Shown: one piece after another, positions 18,109-26,913 of the stretch | How the letters are laid out: each line of letters opens with the position of its first letter | How positions within the stretch are numbered: position 1 is the stretch's first letter | Assembly: GCA_036276035.1 (NCBI GenBank) | Contig: DASUCM010000105.1 | Span: forward strand, 1 to 62,054 | Direction of reading: 5' to 3' | DNA from: Candidatus Limnocylindria bacterium | GTDB taxonomy: Bacteria > Chloroflexota > Limnocylindria > P2-11E | Length of the DNA: 62,054 bases | Program-made: the position numbers and the translations under genes | The notes under the pieces: model-generated | Told to the model about the DNA's origin: nothing | The model's database searches: none | What the model saw: only the letters and a program-made list of their open reading frames with translations

Positions 18109-19209
18109 CTAGCGCGCCCGGCGATCCGCGTCCTCCAGCGCCCAGCCGATGAGCCTCTCGAGGAGCGCCTCGAAGGGGATGCCCGCCGCGCGGGCCGCCT
18201 TCGGAAGGAGGCTGTTCGCCGTCATGCCGGGGATCGTGTTCACCTCGAGCACGACCATCCGGTCGTCCTCCGTCCAGATGAGGTCGGTCCGCGACATGCC
18301 GCGGCAGCGCAGCGCCTGGTGCGCGCGCAGGCCGAGCTCCTGCGCGCGGCGCGCGACGGCGTCCGGGATCCGCGCCGGGCAGATCTCCTCGCTCTCGCCG
18401 GCGTCGTACTTCGCGCCGTAGTCGAAGAACGCGTGCTTCGTCACGATCTCGATGACGGGCAGCGCCTGCAGCTCGTCGTTGCCGATGACGGCGACGGTGA
18501 GCTCGCGCCCGACGGCGCGCTCCTCGACGAGGGCGCGGTCGTCGTAGCGGAGCGCGTCGGCGATCGCGGCCTCGAGCCGGTCGGGAGCCTCGACGATCGC
18601 CGTCCCGACGCTCGAGCCCTGCTGCACCGGCTTCACGAACGCCGGCAGGCGCACCGTGCGGGCCTGCGGGTCGTCGGCACGCGTGACCTCGACGCCGCGC
18701 GGCACCTCGAGCCCGTGCAGCGCGAGGTGCGCCTTCGCCATGACCTTATCCATCGCGAGCGCCGACGAGAGGACCCCCGACCCCGTGTAGGGGATGCCGA
18801 GGATGTCGAGCATGCCCTGGATCTTCCCGTCCTCGCCCCACGGGCCGTGGAGCGCGATGAGCACGACGTCGAGCGGCTCCGCGCCCGCGCCGATCGCGCG
18901 CGTGGCCGGGACGAGCGCGCGCGTCGCGCTCGCGATCTGCGCCTCGAGGCCCTTCGGCAGCGTCTCGTGCGTCGGCAGCGCCTCGAGCCTGCCGCCGCCT
19001 TCCTGGAGCTTCTCGGCCTGGTCGCGCTGCTCCGCCGTGAGCGCGGGATTGCGCGCCATGAGCGCCAGCGGGTCCAGGAGCACGACGTCGTACCGCTCCG
19101 GCGCGAGGCTGGCCGCGATCTGCGCGCCGGTCGCGAGCGAGATGTCGCGCTCCGCCGACGCGCCGCCGGTGAGCACGCCGACACGGATGCGGCGCTTGGG
19201 GGTCACCAC
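18109..19209 (-). CDS. ddl: D-alanine--D-alanine ligase (with a ~45-aa insertion in the N-terminal domain)
   Basis: RVGVLTGGASAEREISL-type start, IALHGPWGEDGKIQG, the ATP-grasp body and EVNTIPGMT. GTG 19209/19206 overlaps the murB TGA. Confidence 0.93.
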   Translation of the reverse strand: MVTPKRRIRVGVLTGGASAERDISLATGAQIAASLAPERYDVVLLDPLALMARNPALTAEQRDQAEKLQEGGGRLEALPTHETLPKGLEAQIASATRALVPATRAIGAGAEPLDVVLIALHGPWGEDGKIQGMLDILGIPYTGSGVLSSALAMDKVMAKAHLALHGLEVPRGVEVTRADDPQARTVRLPAFVKPVQQGSSVGTAIVEAPDRLEAAIADALRYDDRALVEERAVGRELTVAVIGNDELQALPVIEIVTKHAFFDYGAKYDAGESEEICPARIPDAVARRAQELGLRAHQALRCRGMSRTDLIWTEDDRMVVLEVNTIPGMTANSLLPKAARAAGIPFEALLERLIGWALEDADRRAR

Positions 19210-20072
19210 TCCCCCACCCGCTCGACCTCTGGGACGAGCTCGACCCCGAACCGCTCCTTCACCTCGGCCATGCAGCGCTGCATGAGCTCCCAGACGTCCC
19301 GCGCCGAAGCGTCGCCGGTGTTCACGATGAAGTTCGCGTGCTTCTGGCTCACCTCGGCTCCGCCGACGCGCGCCCCCTTGAGGCCGGCCGCCTCGATGAG
19401 CCGTCCCGCGTGGTCGCCCGGCGGGTTGCGGAAGATCGAGCCCGTGTTCGGCTGCGCGAGCGGCTGCTTCTTGATGCGCTCGTTCGCCATCTCCTTGATC
19501 TTCGCGACCGCCGTCGCGCGGTCTCCGCGCCGGCCGCGGAAGCGCGCGCGGAGACAGATGATCGGTGTCCCCTGGAGCGAGCTCGTGCGGTAGGCGTAGC
19601 CGAACGCCGCGTTGTCCTGGGTCCAGACGCCGCCGTTCAGGTCGACGAGCGTCGCGTCGACGAGCGCGTCGGCGGTATCGCTGCCGAACGCGCCGGCGTT
19701 CCCGTGCACCGCGCCGCCCACGGTGCCGGGCACGGTGGCCATCCACTCGAGCCCCTCGATACCGTTCCGCGCGGCGACCGCGGCGACGCTCGCGAGCGGC
19801 GTGCCCGACGCGGCGCTGACGATGGTGCCGTCCACCTCGGTCTCGCTCCACCCGTTATGCAGGACGACGCCGCGGATGCCTCTGTCCGAGACGAGGAGGT
19901 TCGTCCCGCCCCCGAGGATGAAGACCGGCAGCTCGTGCTCGCGCGCGACCTTGATCGCGCCGAGGAGATCGTCCTCGCTCCGCGCCCGCACGTAGTAGTC
20001 GGCCGGCCCGCCGATGCGCAGGGAGGTGTGCTCCTTGAGCGGCTGGTCGCGCGCGCCGAGCCGCTCCGTCAC
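19203..20072 (-). CDS. murB: UDP-N-acetylenolpyruvoylglucosamine reductase
   Basis: FAD-binding LRIGGPADYYV, ILGGGTNLLVSD and GSIFRNP motifs. The GTGA overlap with the murC stop is present. Confidence 0.93.
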   Translation of the reverse strand: MTERLGARDQPLKEHTSLRIGGPADYYVRARSEDDLLGAIKVAREHELPVFILGGGTNLLVSDRGIRGVVLHNGWSETEVDGTIVSAASGTPLASVAAVAARNGIEGLEWMATVPGTVGGAVHGNAGAFGSDTADALVDATLVDLNGGVWTQDNAAFGYAYRTSSLQGTPIICLRARFRGRRGDRATAVAKIKEMANERIKKQPLAQPNTGSIFRNPPGDHAGRLIEAAGLKGARVGGAEVSQKHANFIVNTGDASARDVWELMQRCMAEVKERFGVELVPEVERVGEW

Positions 20073-21475
20073 GCGGGCGTCCGCGCGCGCAGGAGCTCGA
20101 GGAGCCGCTCGCCCGCGGGGCGGATGTCCCCCGCGCCGAGGATGAGGACGACGTCACCGGGCTGCGCGATGTCGGCAAGGAGGCGCGCCGCCTCGTCCGG
20201 GTCGCGGGCGTATGCGGCGCCCGACCGCGTCGCGAGCTCGCGCGAGGCGCCGCGCGCGTCGCTGTCGCGGCGCGCGGAGGCGAAGGTCTCGGCCACGACG
20301 GCGGCGTCGGCCTCCCGCAACGCGGACACGAACTCCTCGAAGAACGCGTCGAGGCGGCTCGCGGTGTGCGGCTGGAACAGCGCGATCACCCGCAGGCCGC
20401 GCGGCCGCATCGCCGCGATCACGGCGCGGATCTCGACGGGGTGATGCGCGTAATCGTCGACGACGGTGATGCGATCCACTCGTCCGAGCTCCTCGAGCCG
20501 GCGCGACGTTCCGGCGAACTTCATCAGCCCGTACCGGATGCGCTCCGCGTCCGCGCCGAGGACGGTCGCGGCCGCGAACGCCGCTGCCGCATTGCGCACG
20601 TTGTGGACGCCGGGCACGTTCAACCCCACATGCGCTGTGACGGTGTTCGGGCCCTTCAGGTCGAACCCGTACGCGAAGGGATGGCGCGACGCGTCGATCC
20701 TTGGCCGGTCCCCCTCGAGGACGATCGTCTCCGGCTCGCTGGCGCGCCAGTCCGCGCGGGCGTCGGTGCCGTAGGTGTGCACCGTGCGACCGGCGAGACG
20801 GGTCCGAGCCTCTCCGGCGAGCGCGAGCGACCCCGCGTCGTCCGCGCACGCGAGGAGCGTGCCGCCGCGGGGGATGCCGCCGACGAAGGTGCGGAAGGCC
20901 TCCATGTAGTCGTCGCGCGAGGGAAAGAGATCGACATGATCGTGGTCGACGTTCGTCACGATCGCGACCGTCGGCGTGAGGGCGTGGAAGACGCGGTCGT
21001 ACTCGTCGGCCTCGATGACAAGCACGTCGCTCGTGCCGACGTGCGCATTCGTCTTGATGTCGCGGAGCGGCGCCCCGCAGATGAGCGACGCGTCGATGCT
21101 CGCCGCCTGCAGCGCCGTCCAGGTCATCGCGGTCGTCGTCGTCTTGCCGTGCGTGCCCGCGACCGCCACCAGGCGCTTCCCCTTCGCGAGGAACCGCCAC
21201 GCGTCGTGCCGCTTCCACAGCGTGACGCCCGACGCGAGCGCGGCGGCCACCTCGGGGTTGTCCTCCGTGTACGCGCTGGAGCGCACGACGATGTCGGCAC
21301 CCGCGATGTGCGACGCGTCGAAGGTGTCGTGCACGGTGGCGCCGTGCGCGCGCAGTGCCTCCGAGAGCGGCCAGCGGCCCCGATCCGAGCCGCTCACCTC
21401 GCCGTGCGCCATGAGGAGCCGGGCGACCGCGGACATCCCGGTGCCGCCGATGCCAACGACGTGGAAGCGGGTCAC
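20069..21475 (-). CDS. murC: UDP-N-acetylmuramate--L-alanine ligase
   Basis: In-frame GTG at 21475 gives VTRFHVVGIGGTGMSAVA, with GTHGKTTTT and the Mur ligase middle and C-terminal domains. Confidence 0.93.
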   Translation of the reverse strand: MTRFHVVGIGGTGMSAVARLLMAHGEVSGSDRGRWPLSEALRAHGATVHDTFDASHIAGADIVVRSSAYTEDNPEVAAALASGVTLWKRHDAWRFLAKGKRLVAVAGTHGKTTTTAMTWTALQAASIDASLICGAPLRDIKTNAHVGTSDVLVIEADEYDRVFHALTPTVAIVTNVDHDHVDLFPSRDDYMEAFRTFVGGIPRGGTLLACADDAGSLALAGEARTRLAGRTVHTYGTDARADWRASEPETIVLEGDRPRIDASRHPFAYGFDLKGPNTVTAHVGLNVPGVHNVRNAAAAFAAATVLGADAERIRYGLMKFAGTSRRLEELGRVDRITVVDDYAHHPVEIRAVIAAMRPRGLRVIALFQPHTASRLDAFFEEFVSALREADAAVVAETFASARRDSDARGASRELATRSGAAYARDPDEAARLLADIAQPGDVVLILGAGDIRPAGERLLELLRARTPA

Positions 21476-21503
21476 GCGTGCCGCCCGGGCGCGCGGGAAC
21501 GGC

Positions 21504-22640
21504 TCATGCGCAGCCTCCGAGCCGCAGGACGTCGCGCGCGAGCTCCACGGCAGCATCGGGCCGCCCGGCCCGCTTCGCCGCCTCACGCATCCGCCCGTGT
21601 CGCGACGGGTCGTTCAGCAGGCCGACGACGACGGCAGCGAGCCGGTCCGAGGACAGCTCGCTCTCCGTGATCAGCGCGGCGGCGCCGAGCTCGACGATGC
21701 TGCGCGCGTTCGCGGCCTGGTGGCCGCCCATCGAGGCGCCGAACGGGATGAGCACGAGCGGCACGCCGAAGGCGAGCGGCTCCGCGATCGACGACGAGCC
21801 CGCGCGCCCCACGATGAGGTCGGCCGATGCAAGGGCCGCGCCCATCTCCTCGCCGAGGAACCCGTACGGGCGGTAGCGGTCGCGGATCTCGGCGGGGAGG
21901 GTCGACCGCTTCGCCTCGAGCCGGGCGAGGTGCGCCGGGCCGGTGTGGTGGACGACGACGGCCTTCCGGAGCAGCTGGGCGAGCGCGCCGGAGAGCGCCT
22001 CGTTCACGCGCTCGGAGCCCTGGCTGCCGCCCGTGACGAGGATGACCGTCTCGTCGCGGGCGATGCCGAGCCGCTCGCGTCCCGTCTCGCACGTCCAGCG
22101 CAGGAGCGAGCGGCGGATCGGGTTGCCGGCGAGGACCGTCTTCCCGGGCGGCAGGTGACGCTCGGTCCCCGGGAACGTCGCGCCGATCCGCTGGGACCAG
22201 CGCGCGAGGGCGCGGTTCGCGCGGCCTGGCAGGACGTTGCCCTCCCAGAGGTAGACCGGGATGCGCAGCGTCCGCGCGGCGAGGACCACCGGGTACGCGA
22301 TCGCGCCGCCGCTCGTGAGGCAGACGGAGGGCCGGAAGCGGAGGAGCTTCACGACGCTCGCGGCGTAGGCGAGCGGGATGCCGAGGTTGTTCGCGAGGAA
22401 CGCGACCTTCGAGTCCGGGTCGCGCAGTGACGCAAGGGGCAGCCGATAGAAGGGGAGGCCCGCCTTCGCCACGAGATCAGCCTCGAGGCCGCGTCGACCA
22501 CCCACGAAGAGGAAACGGACGTCGGGGCGCAGCTCCCGGAGCGCCTCGGCGGCCGCGAGGAGCGGGCTCACGTGTCCCCCGGTCCCGCCGCCCACGAGGA
22601 GCACCCGGCACGCTCGCGCGCTCTGCGCCTTGGCGTCCAA
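21504..22640 (-). CDS. murG: undecaprenyldiphospho-muramoylpentapeptide beta-N-acetylglucosaminyltransferase
   Basis: VLLVGGGTGGHVSPLLA, VTGGSQGS, and GAGTIAE-like GRAGSSSIAE. The start is TTG 22640 or GTG 22604. Confidence 0.93.
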   Translation of the reverse strand: MDAKAQSARACRVLLVGGGTGGHVSPLLAAAEALRELRPDVRFLFVGGRRGLEADLVAKAGLPFYRLPLASLRDPDSKVAFLANNLGIPLAYAASVVKLLRFRPSVCLTSGGAIAYPVVLAARTLRIPVYLWEGNVLPGRANRALARWSQRIGATFPGTERHLPPGKTVLAGNPIRRSLLRWTCETGRERLGIARDETVILVTGGSQGSERVNEALSGALAQLLRKAVVVHHTGPAHLARLEAKRSTLPAEIRDRYRPYGFLGEEMGAALASADLIVGRAGSSSIAEPLAFGVPLVLIPFGASMGGHQAANARSIVELGAAALITESELSSDRLAAVVVGLLNDPSRHGRMREAAKRAGRPDAAVELARDVLRLGGCA

Positions 22641-23727
22641 CGTTGAGGAGTATGCCGACGGCCACGAGGCTCACGCAGAGGGACGAGCCGCCGTACGAAA
22701 TGAAGGGCAGCGTGATGCCGGTCATCGGCACGAGGCTGGCGACCACCGCCATGTTCAGCCAGGCCTGGAAGACGAGCCACGCGGTGATGCCCGTCGCGAG
22801 CAGCGCGCCCGCGTCGTCGGGCGCGCGCAGCGCGATGCGGATCCCCTTGAAGGCGAGGAGCAGGAACAGCACGACGACGCCGAGCGTGCCGAGCAGGCCG
22901 AGCTCGTTGCCGAGGACGGCGAAGATCGAGTCGGTGTAGGCAGCCGGGAGGAAGCCGAACTTCTCCTTCCCGGCGCCGAGGCCCTCGCCGAACGGCCCGC
23001 CGAGCGCCAGCCCGTACAGCGCCTGGATGGTCTGGAAGCCGGCGCCGCGGGGGTCGCTCCACGGATCGAGGAAGGTGAGGATCCGCTGCAGGCGGTACGG
23101 CTGCACGACCGCGAGCGCCGCCACGGCGACGACCGCGAGCGCCGCGAGCGCGCCGAACTCGCGCAGGCGCGCCCCGGCGACGAAGTACATGGCGAAGGCG
23201 ATCGCGACGATGACGATGGATGTCCCGAGGTCCGGCTCCGCGATGACGAGCCCGACGATGAGCGTCGTGATGCCGAGGAACGGCAGCGTGACCGAGAGCC
23301 GGCCCATCGCCGAGCGGCGCGACGCGAACCAGAACGCGAGATACAGGATGAGCGCGAGCTTCGCGAGCTCCGCGGGCTGGACGCCCGCGAACGAGGAGAC
23401 GCGGATCCAGCGCGTCGCGCCGCCGACGCTCGTGCCGACTCCCGGGATGAGCACGGCCACGAGGAGCACGACGGCGAGGCCGAGCGCGGGGAGCGCGAGC
23501 GCGCGGTAGCGGTGGTAGTCGACGCGCGCGGCCACGAGCATCGCGCCGAGACCGATGACCGCCCAGACGGACTGCTGGATGAGGAAGTACCGCGGCTCGT
23601 CGAGCGCGTCAAGGGCGCGGATGCCGCTCGCGCTGTAGACCATCGCGAGGCCGACCGCGAGCAGGACGAGGACGATGCAGAGGAGCGGGAGGTCGTACGA
23701 GGTCGTGCGCGGGAGCCGCACCCTCAT
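22477..23727 (-). CDS. ftsW: peptidoglycan glycosyltransferase FtsW (SEDS family)
   Basis: Ten-TM SEDS pattern with FQPAELAK-like VQPAELAKLAL and LPFISYGGSS. The last ~54 codons (Arg/Pro-rich, low GC3) overlap the murG 5' end. Confidence 0.92.
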   Translation of the reverse strand: MRVRLPRTTSYDLPLLCIVLVLLAVGLAMVYSASGIRALDALDEPRYFLIQQSVWAVIGLGAMLVAARVDYHRYRALALPALGLAVVLLVAVLIPGVGTSVGGATRWIRVSSFAGVQPAELAKLALILYLAFWFASRRSAMGRLSVTLPFLGITTLIVGLVIAEPDLGTSIVIVAIAFAMYFVAGARLREFGALAALAVVAVAALAVVQPYRLQRILTFLDPWSDPRGAGFQTIQALYGLALGGPFGEGLGAGKEKFGFLPAAYTDSIFAVLGNELGLLGTLGVVVLFLLLAFKGIRIALRAPDDAGALLATGITAWLVFQAWLNMAVVASLVPMTGITLPFISYGGSSLCVSLVAVGILLNVGRQGAERASVPGAPRGRRDRGTREPAPRGRRGAPGAAPRRPFPLRGWSTRPRG

Positions 23728-25142
23728 GCCGGCAGCGCCCGCGCGAGCTCGCGGAAGCGATCGCCTCGCTCCTCATACGACTTGAACATGTCGAAGGACG
23801 CCGAGGCCGGGGAGAGGAGGACGACGTCGCCTGGGCGCGCCATCGCGCGCGCGCGCTCGACGGCCTCGTCGAGGGTGGCGGCGCGCTCGACCCGCACCGC
23901 AGAGCTCGGATGCGTGCGCTTGGCCGCGAGGATCGCGGCCTCGATCTCGTCCGCGGACTGGCCGATGAGCACGGCGCCTCGCGCACGGGCGGCGACCGCG
24001 CGTCCGAGCTCCGCGAAGTCGGCGCCCTTGCCGACGCCGCCGAGGATGACGACGGGCGGCCGGGTGTACGCCTCGATGGCCGGGATGGTCGCGTACGGCG
24101 TCGTGCCCTGCGAGTCGTTCACCCACCACACGCCCGCGCGCTCGACGACGAACTCGAGGCGGTGCGGCAGCCCCTCGAACTCCCGGAGCACCGCTCCGAT
24201 CGCGCCGGTCGGGATGCCGTACAGCCCGCCGACGATGGACGCGGCGAGCGCGTTCGAGATGTTGTGCCGTCCGGGGACGCGCAGCTCCCTCGCCGCGCAG
24301 ACGACCTCGCGCCGCTCGCCATCCGCGAGGACGAGGTCCTCCGCGTCATCGAGGAACGCGCCGCGGCGCGGGCGCAGCGAGAGCGAGTACCCGCGGAGCT
24401 CGGAGTCCGCGCCGGTGTGCAGCGCGAGGCTCGTGGGGTCGTCGAGGTTGAGGACCGCGACGTCGCGAGAGCCCTGCCAGCGCACGATGTTGCTCTTCGC
24501 GGCCACGTACGCCTCGCGCGTGCCGTGATGGTCGAGGTGATCCTCGAGGACGTTCGTCACGACGGCGACGTGCGGGCTCCTCCCGATCGTCTCGAGCTGG
24601 AAGCTGGAGAGCTCGAGCACGACGACGTCGTCACGCCCGATGTTCGGGAGCTCCTGGAGGACGGCCGTGCCGATGTTGCCGCCGACGTGCACGCGGCGCG
24701 GACCGGCCCGGAGGATCCGCGACACGAGCGTCATCGTCGTGCTCTTCCCCTTCGTCCCGGTGACGCCGACGATCTCCGCGGGGCAGAGCCGGAAGAACAG
24801 CGACATCTCGGTGAGCACGGGGATGTCGCGCTGCCGCGCGCGCAGGATCGTCGGCGAGCGCGGGCGGATGCCCGGGATGACGAACACGTAGTCCGGATCC
24901 GCGAGCGCCTGGTCGTCGCTCGACGGCCCGAGGATGAGCTCCACCGGAAGGTCGCCGAGCCGCGCGATCCCGGTCGCGAGCTGCTCGCGCGGCTGCGGGT
25001 CGCTGATCGTGACGCGGGCTCCGTTGTCGACGAGGAAGCGCGCGATGCCGGCCGCGGTCCGGCCGCTCCCCAGCCCGACGATGGTGACCCGCTTCCCCGC
25101 GAAGTCGGCGGCGTGGACGGGCGCGTCGAAGATGAAGCTCAA
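23724..25142 (-). CDS. murD: UDP-N-acetylmuramoylalanine--D-glutamate ligase
   Basis: TTG 25142 (TTGA overlap with the pgeF stop) gives MSFIFDAPVHAADFAGKRVTIVGLGSGRTA, with GTKGKSTT. The ATGA overlap with the ftsW start is present. Confidence 0.92.
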   Translation of the reverse strand: MSFIFDAPVHAADFAGKRVTIVGLGSGRTAAGIARFLVDNGARVTISDPQPREQLATGIARLGDLPVELILGPSSDDQALADPDYVFVIPGIRPRSPTILRARQRDIPVLTEMSLFFRLCPAEIVGVTGTKGKSTTMTLVSRILRAGPRRVHVGGNIGTAVLQELPNIGRDDVVVLELSSFQLETIGRSPHVAVVTNVLEDHLDHHGTREAYVAAKSNIVRWQGSRDVAVLNLDDPTSLALHTGADSELRGYSLSLRPRRGAFLDDAEDLVLADGERREVVCAARELRVPGRHNISNALAASIVGGLYGIPTGAIGAVLREFEGLPHRLEFVVERAGVWWVNDSQGTTPYATIPAIEAYTRPPVVILGGVGKGADFAELGRAVAARARGAVLIGQSADEIEAAILAAKRTHPSSAVRVERAATLDEAVERARAMARPGDVVLLSPASASFDMFKSYEERGDRFRELARALPA

Positions 25143-25888
25143 GCCGGCCGCCCGAGGACCGCGAGCGCGGTGCCCTGCGGCCCGCGCTCGCCGCGCGAGC
25201 GGTAGGACCAAAGGTCCGCGCCGCCGCACCGCGTGCAGAGCCCGGCGAGCTCGACGCTCCGCACGCCCGCGTCGGCGAGCTGCGTCGCGTTCGCGCTCCA
25301 GAGGTCGAAGGTGATCCGGTCGCGGCCGGCGCGGAGCGCGTCCGCGCTCGCGGGGCCGAGCCGCTCGCGGATGACGGCGGCCCGCGCCTCGTCGATCGTG
25401 TAGCAGCACGGGCCGATCGACGGCCCGATCGCGGCGACGAGCGTGCTCACGTCCGCGCCGGCGCCGACGAGCTCGCGCACGAGCGCCTGCGTGACGCGCT
25501 TCGTGGTGCCCTCCCATCCCGCGTGCGCGGCCCCGATGGGCCCGGACGGGCCTGCGACGAGGACCGGCACGCAGTCGGCTGCCGCGACCCCGAGGAGCAC
25601 GCCCTGCTCGTCCGTCCACAGCGCGTCGGCCTCAGGCCAGGGGTCGGCACGGTGTGGCGCGCGCACGACGCGATCGCCGTGGACCTGGCGGACGCGGATG
25701 ACCTCGCGGAACCCGAGGCGCCGCGCGAGCCGCTCGCGCGCCGCGTCCTGCTCATGCTGCGGGAAGACCGAGCCCGCGAGGCTGCCCTCCGCGCGCGTCG
25801 TGAAGCCGGCGACGAGCCCGAGCGCCGTGAGCGACGGCGATCGGTGCAGGCCGTCGACGAGGGGCCAGGCCGTGGCGGTGGCGGTCAC
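25139..25888 (-). CDS. pgeF: peptidoglycan editing factor PgeF (YfiH/DUF152 laccase-domain protein)
   Basis: QVHGDRVV, AADCVPVLV, AHAGWEGT and CTRCG...SYR motifs. Both junctions are 4-nt overlaps. Confidence 0.85.
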   Translation of the reverse strand: MTATATAWPLVDGLHRSPSLTALGLVAGFTTRAEGSLAGSVFPQHEQDAARERLARRLGFREVIRVRQVHGDRVVRAPHRADPWPEADALWTDEQGVLLGVAAADCVPVLVAGPSGPIGAAHAGWEGTTKRVTQALVRELVGAGADVSTLVAAIGPSIGPCCYTIDEARAAVIRERLGPASADALRAGRDRITFDLWSANATQLADAGVRSVELAGLCTRCGGADLWSYRSRGERGPQGTALAVLGRPA

Positions 25889-26913
25889 AGGGGCGTCACG
25901 AAGGCGAGCATCGCCGCGACGATCGCGCCGAGCGCGCCGATGAGCCAGAAGCGCATCGTCACCTGCGACTCCGGCCAGCCGATCGCCTCGAGGTGGTGGT
26001 GGAACGGCGCCATCCGGAACACGCGCTTGCCGCGGAGCTTGTAGGAGCCGACCTGGATGATCACGGACACGGTCTCGGCGACGAAGATGATGCCGGCGAT
26101 CGGCAGCAGCAGGACGAACCCGGTCGTGAGCGCGACCGCGGCGAGCGTCGCGCCGAAGGCGAGCGAGCCGACATCACCCATCATGAAGACGGCTGGGTGC
26201 ACGTTGAACCAGAGGTACGCGAGGAGCGCGCCGACCATCGCGGCGCAGAACACGACGAGCCAGGGAAAGCCTCGGGCCTGCGCGATGAACGCGAAGGCGA
26301 GGAAGGCGAACACAGCGAGGCCGCCCGCGAGGCCGTCGAGCCCGTCGGTGAGGTTCACCGCGTTCGACATCGCGATGATGACGAAGACCGCCAGGGCCAC
26401 GAAGGCGGGGGCACCGATCTCGAGCTCGCCGTAGAGCGGCACGTACACGCCGGTGATGCCGAAGTGACGCTGGATGTACAGCGCCCCGGCGATCCCGACG
26501 ATGAGCTGCCAGACCAGCTTGTGACGCCCGCGGATCCCGAAGCCGTAGGCGACGTTCACGTAGTCGTCGATCGCGCCGAGCGCGCCGACCGCCACGAGCG
26601 CCCCGACAGGCACGATCGTCTGGGCGAGATACGCGCCTCGCATGGTGTCGGGCGGCGACGTATCCGGGAGCGGCGAGTCCGGGATGATCGCGTACAGCAC
26701 CACCCAGATGAGAGCGACGACGCCGATCGGGAGGAGCCCGCCCATCGTGAGCAGTCCCTGCTTCGCGTAGTGCGAGCGCGGCCCCTCGCGGCGGATCTGC
26801 TTACCGATGCGGAAGTAGCGGAGCGCGCGGATGAACGGCGCCGTGAGGACGAGGCCGAGGACGAACGCGAGGAGCAGCACGCCGAGGGCGAGCCCGGACG
26901 GGCCCTGCGTCAC
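25885..26913 (-). CDS. mraY: phospho-N-acetylmuramoyl-pentapeptide transferase
   Basis: GTG 26913 (GTGA overlap with the murF stop), with MGGLL, NLTDGLDGLA and MGDVGSLAFGA motifs. The longer track ORF upstream is filler overlapping murF. Confidence 0.95.
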   Translation of the reverse strand: MTQGPSGLALGVLLLAFVLGLVLTAPFIRALRYFRIGKQIRREGPRSHYAKQGLLTMGGLLPIGVVALIWVVLYAIIPDSPLPDTSPPDTMRGAYLAQTIVPVGALVAVGALGAIDDYVNVAYGFGIRGRHKLVWQLIVGIAGALYIQRHFGITGVYVPLYGELEIGAPAFVALAVFVIIAMSNAVNLTDGLDGLAGGLAVFAFLAFAFIAQARGFPWLVVFCAAMVGALLAYLWFNVHPAVFMMGDVGSLAFGATLAAVALTTGFVLLLPIAGIIFVAETVSVIIQVGSYKLRGKRVFRMAPFHHHLEAIGWPESQVTMRFWLIGALGAIVAAMLAFVTPL

